From Aquifex aeolicus VF5 (lineage in GTDB: Bacteria > Aquificota > Aquificia > Aquificales > Aquificaceae): a stretch of DNA of 32,000 nt. A program made the position numbers and the translations under genes. Shown here in pieces: positions 24,930 to 32,000 of this stretch. Numbering within the stretch: position 1 is the first letter of the stretch; the number at the start of each line of letters is the position of its first letter. The notes under the pieces are model-generated. The model was given only the letters and a program-made list of their open reading frames with translations. It had not been told where the DNA came from and searched no databases. Location of the stretch: NCBI RefSeq assembly GCF_000008625.1, contig NC_000918.1:330001-362000 (forward strand). The letters are read 5' to 3'.

Positions 24930-25580
24930 TTGAGGGGTATACTTGGACTAGTATTCGGAAGTGTAATCCTCATATATTTAATCTCTCTGTTCCTTATGAA
25001 GCATCCCTTTTTTCAGATAAGGGAAATAAAGGTCAGTGGATTATACGTGGAGGAAATAGAAAAAATTGAGAAGGACATTCACGCACTAGGGAGAGGTTTG
25101 TTAGTAATTCCCGAGAGCAACATACTTGAGCTCTTCAACGAGAAACTCAATAACAGGTTTCAGGGAGTAGAGATAAATAAAAGGTTTTCAACGGAAGGCA
25201 TAACAATTGAAATGAACTTCCAGAGAAGGAAAGCTATATCTTTTGTAAATATAAACGAAAAAAAATTCCTGATGGATATGGAAGGTATATTCTTTTGGGA
25301 TGAATACCAGAAACCAGATAAAACTTTATTCATTTACTCTAAAGAGGTTTTTCAGTTTTTCAAGCAAAAAATACTCAAACTTTTGACACAGGGAAACTCC
25401 GTTAAAGTTTATAAGGATAAAGTAATGGTGGATATAGGTGGAAAGAGATTTATACTCCCACCTTTAGAAGATATCAACGAAAAAGAGATACATTTAATGA
25501 AAAAGCTTCTAAAACTTCACCCGGATGCAAAAATATTTGATATCAGATATAAAGGCTTTATACTTTTAAATGAGGGGTGA
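24930..25580 (+). CDS. ftsQ: Cell division protein FtsQ
   Basis: Single N-terminal TM (ILGLVFGSVILIYLISLFLM) followed by a POTRA-like FFQIREIKVSGL. Position between ddl and ftsA. TTG start. Confidence 0.75.
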   Translation: MRGILGLVFGSVILIYLISLFLMKHPFFQIREIKVSGLYVEEIEKIEKDIHALGRGLLVIPESNILELFNEKLNNRFQGVEINKRFSTEGITIEMNFQRRKAISFVNINEKKFLMDMEGIFFWDEYQKPDKTLFIYSKEVFQFFKQKILKLLTQGNSVKVYKDKVMVDIGGKRFILPPLEDINEKEIHLMKKLLKLHPDAKIFDIRYKGFILLNEG

Positions 25581-26830
25581 TGAAACGACTAGCTGCATTA
25601 GACATTGGTAGTCAAAAAACAGTATTTGTTATAGGTGAAAGGGACAGTTACGGAGATATCCACATAATAGGATTCGGAGAAGTCCCTTCCAGAGGTATAG
25701 TAAAGGGAGTTATAAACGACCTTTCAGAAGCAAAAGGAAGTATCCTCAGAGCCATGAAAGAAGCCGAAGCAATGGCAGGTTTAAAGGTAAGGGAGGTGGT
25801 TTACAACGTATCGGGGGGAACTACGAAGAACGGAACGGTGAAGAGCCAGAACGTAAAGGATACGATAAGTATATCCACAAAATCGTCAGAGATAGAAGAA
25901 AGTCACATTCAGAGACTTCACGAAAGGTGTTTGATGAAGGCGAAGGAAGAGGGGTATGAAATAGTCTACACAGCACCCAGAAAGTACATTCTGGACGACC
26001 ACACGGAAGTGAAGAATCCTTTAGGGCTCGTAGGCTCAAAACTTTCTGTTGAAATGCACGTCGTCAAAGTGAGCACAACTATACTCAGGAACTTAGAAAA
26101 AGCCATAAGGGAAGTGGGGTTAAATCCTGTGGGGAGAACGGTGAACGCCATAGCTTCAGCGGATTCAGTTTTAACACATGACGAAAAGGAAGACGGCGTT
26201 CTTTTACTCGATATGGGAGCGGGACTTACGGATTACTCCCTGTATACCGAGGGAAGACCGTACATTACCGGAGTCGTTCCCTTTGGAGGGATTAATATAA
26301 CAAAGGACTTGAGTTACATGCTTAAAATAGACACAGAAACCGCAGAGAGTGTGAAGGTAAACCACGGTGTGGCTTTTGAGAGTTTAGTTGACGATGAAGA
26401 TGTAGTGAAGATAAAGCCGAGGGGAGAAGACAGGGAAATCCCTATACAGAAGAAGCAGGTTGCGGAAATTATACAGAGCAGGGTTGAAGAGATAGTGGAA
26501 AAGGTTTTTAAAGAAATAAAGGCAAGAGGAGTACCGCTGAATCAGATAAACAGCGGGATTGTTGTAACGGGAGGAACAGCTAATTTAAAAGGAATAAGGG
26601 AATTGATAGAGCACATGACGGGGCTTCCAGTAAGGATAGGTTTACCTCAGGGAATAGTGGGTTTGAGGGAAAAGATAGAAAACCCGAAGTACGCTACTGT
26701 TTGTGGACTTTTAAGGCAAGCTTTTGTAAGCGGGACAATAGATATAACTGAATCTACAAACAGTAATACAGGAAATTTCTTCAAAAATTTATCGGAAAGA
26801 TTTAAGAAATGGTTTGAGGAACTCTTGTGA
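25577..26830 (+). CDS. ftsA: Cell division protein FtsA
   Basis: Actin-fold motifs ALDIGSQKT, LLLDMGAGLTDY, GIVVTGGTANLKGI. GTG at 25577 or ATG at 25580. Overlaps the ftsQ stop. Confidence 0.9.
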   Translation: MMKRLAALDIGSQKTVFVIGERDSYGDIHIIGFGEVPSRGIVKGVINDLSEAKGSILRAMKEAEAMAGLKVREVVYNVSGGTTKNGTVKSQNVKDTISISTKSSEIEESHIQRLHERCLMKAKEEGYEIVYTAPRKYILDDHTEVKNPLGLVGSKLSVEMHVVKVSTTILRNLEKAIREVGLNPVGRTVNAIASADSVLTHDEKEDGVLLLDMGAGLTDYSLYTEGRPYITGVVPFGGINITKDLSYMLKIDTETAESVKVNHGVAFESLVDDEDVVKIKPRGEDREIPIQKKQVAEIIQSRVEEIVEKVFKEIKARGVPLNQINSGIVVTGGTANLKGIRELIEHMTGLPVRIGLPQGIVGLREKIENPKYATVCGLLRQAFVSGTIDITESTNSNTGNFFKNLSERFKKWFEELL

Positions 26831-26842
26831 AGGAGGGCTAAT

Positions 26843-27946
26843 ATGGAGGAGTTCGTGAACCCCTGCAAGATAAAGGTGATAGGCGTAGGCGGAGGGGGAA
26901 GTAACGCTGTAAACAGGATGTACGAGGACGGTATAGAAGGAGTTGAACTGTATGCGATAAATACGGACGTGCAGCACCTGAGTACTCTTAAGGTTCCAAA
27001 CAAGATACAGATAGGGGAAAAGGTAACGAGGGGGCTCGGAGCCGGGGCAAAACCAGAAGTAGGAGAGGAAGCGGCTTTAGAAGATATAGATAAAATCAAA
27101 GAAATTTTGAGAGATACGGACATGGTGTTTATCTCAGCCGGACTCGGTGGAGGTACGGGAACGGGAGCAGCTCCCGTAATAGCTAAAACCGCCAAAGAAA
27201 TGGGAATACTAACCGTTGCGGTAGCAACTCTGCCCTTCAGGTTTGAAGGTCCAAGGAAGATGGAAAAGGCTCTAAAAGGACTTGAAAAGTTAAAGGAGTC
27301 TTCTGACGCTTACATAGTAATACACAACGACAAAATAAAGGAACTCTCAAACAGGACACTGACTATAAAAGACGCCTTTAAGGAAGTAGACTCTGTCCTT
27401 TCAAAAGCTGTCAGGGGTATAACGAGTATAGTTGTCACTCCCGCTGTCATAAACGTGGACTTTGCGGATGTGAGAACAACGCTTGAAGAAGGTGGACTCT
27501 CGATAATAGGTATGGGAGAAGGAAGGGGAGACGAAAAGGCGGATATAGCTGTAGAAAAGGCTGTAACGAGCCCGCTTCTAGAAGGAAATACGATAGAGGG
27601 TGCGAGAAGACTTCTCGTTACTATATGGACCTCCGAGGACATACCCTACGACATAGTGGACGAAGTCATGGAAAGGATCCACTCAAAGGTTCACCCGGAA
27701 GCAGAAATAATATTCGGTGCTGTTCTGGAACCCCAGGAGCAGGACTTTATAAGGGTGGCCATTGTAGCCACGGACTTTCCCGAAGAGAAGTTCCAGGTAG
27801 GTGAAAAGGAAGTTAAGTTCAAAGTTATAAAGAAGGAGGAAAAGGAAGAACCGAAGGAAGAACCTAAACCTTTATCCGATACGACCTATCTGGAAGAGGA
27901 GGAAATACCCGCGGTAATCAGAAGGAAGAATAAGCGGTTGCTATGA
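26843..27946 (+). CDS. ftsZ: Cell division GTPase FtsZ
   Basis: GVGGGGSNAVNRM, tubulin signature GGGTGTGAAPVIA, acidic linker, and a C-terminal peptide IPAVIRRK. Confidence 0.95.
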   Translation: MEEFVNPCKIKVIGVGGGGSNAVNRMYEDGIEGVELYAINTDVQHLSTLKVPNKIQIGEKVTRGLGAGAKPEVGEEAALEDIDKIKEILRDTDMVFISAGLGGGTGTGAAPVIAKTAKEMGILTVAVATLPFRFEGPRKMEKALKGLEKLKESSDAYIVIHNDKIKELSNRTLTIKDAFKEVDSVLSKAVRGITSIVVTPAVINVDFADVRTTLEEGGLSIIGMGEGRGDEKADIAVEKAVTSPLLEGNTIEGARRLLVTIWTSEDIPYDIVDEVMERIHSKVHPEAEIIFGAVLEPQEQDFIRVAIVATDFPEEKFQVGEKEVKFKVIKKEEKEEPKEEPKPLSDTTYLEEEEIPAVIRRKNKRLL

Positions 27947-28707
27947 GAACCGTAGACATAACGACGAAGATAGAGACCTTAAGAGAGGCGAAGGCTTACG
28001 GCAGGATAAGGTTAAAGCCCGAAACCGTAAAACTGATTAAGGAAAACAAAGTTCCAAAAGGAAACCTCGTAGAAGCCACAAAACTGAGCGGTATATTCGG
28101 GGCAAAGAAAACGGGAGAACTCCTTCCATTCTGCCACCCTATTCCCTTAGACTTCGTGGCTCTTGAAGTGAAAGTAAACGAAGATAATCTGGAAGTATTC
28201 TCAACGGTAAGAGGGATAGCAAGGACGGGCTACGAGATGGAAGCCCTGACGGCGGTCACAACTGCACTTCTTAATGTTTACGATATGTGCAAGGCTCTTG
28301 ACGACTCCATGGTAATAGAAGAGGTGAAACTCCTCGAAAAGAGCGGTGGAAAATCTGACTGGTTTAGAAGGCTGGACGGAGTGAAGGTGAACCTTCACGC
28401 GGAAAATGAAGGATTAAGGAAAATCGCAGAAGACTACCTGAAAGAACTTGGAGCAACCTTTGCCGAAGAGGCAGAACTTTACATCTCCATCGGAGATAAT
28501 CTTCCTATAAACAAGGAAATAAGGTCCCTTGAGCGTGTGATTTCCCTTTACGACTTTCGTAGGAATCCGAAAGAGGTGGGAAAGGAGATAAGAGTAGGGT
28601 GGTCCGACGATGCCCTGATAATAATCCTTCCCGAAAGCGAAGAAAAAATCAGGTTCTTCTTTGAAACCTTCGGAGGTATCATAGGAAATCTTTTATGCAG
28701 AAGATAG
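27943..28707 (+). CDS. moaC: Cyclic pyranopterin monophosphate synthase MoaC with about 100-aa C-terminal extension
   Basis: Residues 1 to about 150 carry LPFCHPIPLD, TGYEMEALTAV, VYDMCKA, KSGGKSD. The remaining about 100 aa are extra. ATGA overlap with the ftsZ stop. Confidence 0.85.
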   Translation: MRTVDITTKIETLREAKAYGRIRLKPETVKLIKENKVPKGNLVEATKLSGIFGAKKTGELLPFCHPIPLDFVALEVKVNEDNLEVFSTVRGIARTGYEMEALTAVTTALLNVYDMCKALDDSMVIEEVKLLEKSGGKSDWFRRLDGVKVNLHAENEGLRKIAEDYLKELGATFAEEAELYISIGDNLPINKEIRSLERVISLYDFRRNPKEVGKEIRVGWSDDALIIILPESEEKIRFFFETFGGIIGNLLCRR

Positions 28708-29264
28708 CCCTCTGTATTACGGGTGCAAGCGGAGTAATATACGGGATAAAACTCCTGCAAGTATTGGAGGAGTTAGATTTTTCAGTAGACTTGGTAATTT
28801 CAAGGAACGCAAAAGTAGTATTAAAGGAAGAGCACTCTTTAACCTTCGAAGAGGTTCTTAAAGGTCTCAAAAACGTCCGTATTCACGAGGAGAATGACTT
28901 TACCTCACCTCTCGCGAGCGGCTCAAGGCTTGTCCATTACAGGGGTGTTTACGTAGTTCCCTGTTCCACGAATACGTTATCCTGCATAGCAAACGGCATA
29001 AACAAAAACCTTATTCACAGAGTAGGGGAGGTGGCCCTGAAGGAGAGAGTTCCCTTGGTTTTGCTCGTTAGAGAAGCTCCGTACAACGAGATACACCTTG
29101 AAAACATGCTAAAAATTACGAGGATGGGGGGAGTTGTAGTTCCCGCAAGTCCCGCCTTTTATCACAAACCACAAAGTATAGACGACATGATAAACTTCGT
29201 TGTGGGAAAGCTTTTGGACGTTTTGAGGATAGAGCATAATCTTTATAAGAGATGGAGAGGGTGA
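28695..29264 (+). CDS. ubiX: Flavin prenyltransferase UbiX/Pad1 family
   Basis: IALCITGASGVIYGIKLL start and VVPCSTNTLSCIANG. 189 aa. Confidence 0.85.
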   Translation: MQKIALCITGASGVIYGIKLLQVLEELDFSVDLVISRNAKVVLKEEHSLTFEEVLKGLKNVRIHEENDFTSPLASGSRLVHYRGVYVVPCSTNTLSCIANGINKNLIHRVGEVALKERVPLVLLVREAPYNEIHLENMLKITRMGGVVVPASPAFYHKPQSIDDMINFVVGKLLDVLRIEHNLYKRWRG

Positions 29265-29545
29265 AGTTCAACAGTACGGGAATAAAGGACAAAGAAAAGA
29301 TTTACGAAATACTGAGAAAGGAAGGGTATTCAGTTTACGAGTGGTACGATTCTCCCGGAACTTACTACCCGACTCACACTCATCCAGACAGGGAAATCAG
29401 GTGGGTGATTGAGGGAGAAGTTGTGATCGGAGCTGAGGGTAAGGAGTTCGTGTTGAAAGAAGGTGATATGATAGAGCTTGAGCCGAACACTCCCCACTGG
29501 GCTAAAACGGAAAAGGGCGTAAGGTACATATGCGGTTCTAAGTAA
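29252..29545 (+). CDS. Small cupin-domain protein
   Basis: 97 aa. Cupin metal motif HTHPDREIRWVIEG ... PNTPHWA. Confidence 0.7.
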   Translation: MERVKFNSTGIKDKEKIYEILRKEGYSVYEWYDSPGTYYPTHTHPDREIRWVIEGEVVIGAEGKEFVLKEGDMIELEPNTPHWAKTEKGVRYICGSK

Positions 29546-29563
29546 AAAAGGAAAGAAAGGATT

Positions 29564-29577
29564 GCCCCTGCAGGGGC
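29564..29577. terminator. GC-rich hairpin between convergent genes (likely terminator, mainly for the minus-strand receptor gene)
   Basis: Perfect palindrome GCCCCTGCAGGGGC. On the minus strand it is followed by the T-rich tcctttctttcctttttt, and on the plus strand it is preceded by an A-rich run. Confidence 0.5.
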
Positions 29578-29589
29578 CGTGAGTAGGCT

Positions 29590-31632
29590 TCAGAAGGTGT
29601 ACGAAACGGAAAGATAATAAGTCCTTCCGGGCTCGGGAACCTTTACACCCGTTCTGAAGGGATTTCTCAAATAAGAGAGGTGCGTATAGTAGAGTTTATC
29701 AAACAGGTTGTTAATTCCCGCAACAACCCTCAGGTTCCTGTAATTAACCCCACCCTTCAAGTTAATTATTCCGTATCCTGAGGTCTTTTCCTCCTGAAGG
29801 TCACTATCTACGTTGTCCTGAGTTGCGGCAAGCACTCCCTCAACCTGTCCAAAGTACATGCCTGTGTCGTATCTGAGGGCTAACCTCGCGGTGAGCGGCG
29901 GTATTTCTGCTATATCTTTGTCCGTTATGTTTTTTGCAGGATAAGTATCGTCCTTCCTTCCCCTAGTGTACGCTACGTTTCCATCAAAGAAGATTGTATC
30001 CGTAATCGCGTAGCTTCCGCTCAGTTCAAAGCCGTAGAAGTATGCGTCTATGTTTGTGTAGGACATGGCTTTAGTGTTCTGGTTCATCATGTTTCCGCTG
30101 GACGGTGCGGTTGCCCTGTAAACGTATATGTAATCTTTAACGTAACTGAGGAAAGTTCTCAGTTCCCCACTGTACCTTTCTCCAGTTAGTTTTATTCCGA
30201 GGTCAAGTTCGTTGTTCCTCTCTGGGTCCAGTTTGGGATTTCCCACCCAGTCTCCCATCGTATTTTCCATTTTTCCCATCCTGTCGAGGGCAAAGTAGCG
30301 TTCCTGAGGATCGGGAACCCTGACCGCCGAACCTAACCCTGCAAAGAGCTCAATTCCCTCCTTCAGTTCGTAGAACACCTGAACGTTTCCCGAGGGATAC
30401 ACGTCAGTTTGAGAAGTGTCGGTGGTGTTGTGGTAATGTCTGTAGAGGTTTATATTTGCCTTTCCTGAATCCGCTTTTGTCTTGGACCAGTCAAGTCTGA
30501 GCCCTGCGACGAGTCTAAGCTTCGGAGATAGCTTTTTCCTGTATTCCCCGTAAAGTCCGAAGTTGTAAACGTCAACGTCGGGAATCGTGTTCTGAGTTCT
30601 GTACATTCCCATGTTTCTCATGTACATGGTTGTTTGTGCTTTCCAATACCTGTAAAAAGTATCAATACCGAAGCTGAAATCTCCGAAGCTGTATTCGCCT
30701 TTAAAGCCGTAAACCTTTGACTTTGCGTAGGTTCCCATTGTATACCCGCGGGGTGCGTTCTGAGATATTACCCTTTTTGGGTTTGTCATCCAGTGTCTGA
30801 CGGAAGAACCGTATAGTTGGGCCTTAAACCTCTTCCCTTCAAGTCCTAAGTTTACCCGGTCCACCTCGTCATATATTCCATCCATCATAAGGTAGGGGTA
30901 GAGTACGTCTGTAGCCCTCTGGTGTGCGTAATCAAGCTTAAACTTCACACCATCCGTAATCTTGTACCTGAGTTTTGCCCATGCCGTGTGTATGTTAAAG
31001 GCTGTAGAATCCCTTTCGTCCTGAGAGTAAGCTGAAGGGTTGCCCGAGGGGTATATCTCCGTTATCTTTCTACCTTTTCCGTCTTCATAGGGCTTTCCGA
31101 ACCTGAAAGCGTATCCTATCAGGAATGAGAGTCTGTCTTTTCCGTAAGAGAAGTAAAAGGAAGGGTTAATAGTGCTCCAGTTGTCCGCGTAAGTGGTTAT
31201 CCTTCCTTCCATTCCCTCTTTGGGTTCTTTGGTTTTGACGTTAACCGTTCCTCCTACCGCTCCGTAATTTCTAACGTCAAAGGGACCTTTTATGACTTCA
31301 ACACTTTCAACTTCAGAAAAGTCCACGTGGAATATTCCCGGATCCATCCTGTTTGGACAAGCGTTGTAAACCCTTGCTCCGTCAAAGAGCTGGTTTACCT
31401 CGTCCTTTTTAAATCCCCTGATTACAACGTCGTTCGCTATGGCACCCTTTCTTACTTTCCAGACTCCGGGAATGTTGTACTCAAGTGCTTCTCCCACGTC
31501 CTTCGCAGGCAGTTCCCTCACCACGTCTTCGGTCAAAACTTCTCTCTTTCCGATAACTTGAATTTCTTCAAGGTTCACTTCCTGAGCAAAGGCAACCGAA
31601 AACAGCGCTCCTAAAAGCAGAGTTCTCTTCAT
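29590..31632 (-). CDS. TonB-dependent outer-membrane receptor
   Basis: Signal peptide MKRTLLLGALFSVAFA, plug region (IRGF..., VEVIKGP), long beta-barrel, and a C-terminal aromatic end SVSYTF. SD GGAGGTGGGA upstream. Confidence 0.85.
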   Translation of the reverse strand: MKRTLLLGALFSVAFAQEVNLEEIQVIGKREVLTEDVVRELPAKDVGEALEYNIPGVWKVRKGAIANDVVIRGFKKDEVNQLFDGARVYNACPNRMDPGIFHVDFSEVESVEVIKGPFDVRNYGAVGGTVNVKTKEPKEGMEGRITTYADNWSTINPSFYFSYGKDRLSFLIGYAFRFGKPYEDGKGRKITEIYPSGNPSAYSQDERDSTAFNIHTAWAKLRYKITDGVKFKLDYAHQRATDVLYPYLMMDGIYDEVDRVNLGLEGKRFKAQLYGSSVRHWMTNPKRVISQNAPRGYTMGTYAKSKVYGFKGEYSFGDFSFGIDTFYRYWKAQTTMYMRNMGMYRTQNTIPDVDVYNFGLYGEYRKKLSPKLRLVAGLRLDWSKTKADSGKANINLYRHYHNTTDTSQTDVYPSGNVQVFYELKEGIELFAGLGSAVRVPDPQERYFALDRMGKMENTMGDWVGNPKLDPERNNELDLGIKLTGERYSGELRTFLSYVKDYIYVYRATAPSSGNMMNQNTKAMSYTNIDAYFYGFELSGSYAITDTIFFDGNVAYTRGRKDDTYPAKNITDKDIAEIPPLTARLALRYDTGMYFGQVEGVLAATQDNVDSDLQEEKTSGYGIINLKGGVNYRNLRVVAGINNLFDKLYYTHLSYLRNPFRTGVKVPEPGRTYYLSVSYTF

Positions 31633-31654
31633 ATCCCACCTCCGTTCATCTTAT

Positions 31655-31700
31655 GTTAATTTTAACAAATTTTTAAACATAATTTAACGTTAAATTTAAC
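31655..31700. promoter_or_regulatory. Divergent promoter region with three copies of a TAAWTTTAAC-like element (candidate metal-regulator operator)
   Basis: gttaattttaac (31655-31666), cataatttaac (31678-31688), gttaaatttaac (31689-31700), between the receptor ATG (31632) and the tonB-like ATG (31705). Confidence 0.3.
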
Positions 31701-31704
31701 ATTG

Positions 31705-32000
31705 ATGGGAGCCAAATACTCCTTCCTCGGATACTTGCTTTCTGGTCTCCTCCACGGAGCCCTGTTATTTTCCTTGACACACGCAGGTTTAGAAGTGCGC
31801 GAACAAAAATCAAAAGAACCCGTAGGACTTTCCCTGAAAACCTTGCAGATCAAAAAGGAAGAGCCAAAGACGGTAAGTACGATTAAGAAATCTGAGAAAA
31901 AGACAATCAAGAAGGAACAAAAAGTTGTGAAAAAGCCCAAAAAAACTTTTAAGAAAAAATACAAGAAAAGACATAGAAGAAAAATCGTAAAACCTAAAAA
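31705..32000 (+). CDS. tonB: TonB-like energy transducer, N-terminal part (runs off right edge)
   Basis: Absent from the ORF track because it leaves the window. My translation is MGAKYSFLGYLLSGLLHGALLFSLTHAG..., a TM helix with the S-x3-H motif (SGLLH), followed by a Lys/Pro/Glu-rich spacer (KKEEPK...KKPKK...). Confidence 0.7.
   Translation, partial: MGAKYSFLGYLLSGLLHGALLFSLTHAGLEVREQKSKEPVGLSLKTLQIKKEEPKTVSTIKKSEKKTIKKEQKVVKKPKKTFKKKYKKRHRRKIVKPK

Noticed and set aside
26647-27195. 182-aa ORF antisense to ftsA/ftsZ (also 27310-27642, 26789-26977, 25821-26151)
   Set aside because: Low-complexity Pro/Ser/Ala-rich translations lying exactly opposite strongly conserved genes. These are typical shadow ORFs with no start context.
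31662-31964. 100-aa minus-strand ORF at the right edge
   Set aside because: It is antisense to the TonB-like frame, which has the S-x3-H TM motif and a Lys/Pro-rich spacer. It also begins inside the divergent promoter region.
1-32000. Search for CRISPR arrays, tRNA/rRNA genes, integrase/att sites and known multi-gene defence systems
   Set aside because: I saw no regularly spaced short repeats and no GC-rich structured RNA-like islands in the few intergenic gaps. I also saw no integrase, reverse transcriptase, helicase-nuclease or cyclase ORFs. The only repeats found are the two large diverged duplications.

Overview
Compact, gene-dense bacterial chromosome segment. The protein style resembles an Aquifex-type hyperthermophile; that is my recognition, not verified.

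- **Left third:** housekeeping genes. These are a Crp/Fnr regulator, an M29 aminopeptidase, an MCE/MlaD protein, bcp, nth, a ParB-like/gnd/zwf operon, trxB and a phosphohexomutase.
- **Middle (about 9.6-23.2 kb):** a surface-polysaccharide locus. It holds Wzz, a Wza-like exporter, a YjbH-like ORF, a MurJ/Wzx-like flippase, a truncated methyltransferase, two GT4 glycosyltransferases, an rmlD remnant and a WecA-like initiating transferase. It also carries a HEPN/MNT toxin-antitoxin pair, a decayed second MNT and an IS transposase remnant.
- **Right third:** murB-ddl-ftsQ-ftsA-ftsZ, translationally coupled to moaC(extended)-ubiX-cupin, then a divergent TonB-dependent receptor/TonB pair.

The most striking feature is a roughly 2 kb scar (16873-18860) in the middle of the polysaccharide locus. 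It is made of diverged second copies of both flanks of that locus: murB-ddl joined head-to-tail to pgm-yjbH-wza at an 11-nt microhomology. The differences between copies are mostly synonymous, and a 650-bp tract is perfectly identical. I read this as import of a related strain's locus plus later gene conversion, not simple in-situ decay.

Three otherwise well-conserved genes are interrupted: the aminopeptidase (frameshift), the MCE protein (frameshift) and the Wza-like gene (in-frame TAG).

I found no rRNA, tRNA or CRISPR array, and no clear-cut novel multi-gene defence system. All similarity calls come from motif recognition by eye; no database search was possible.
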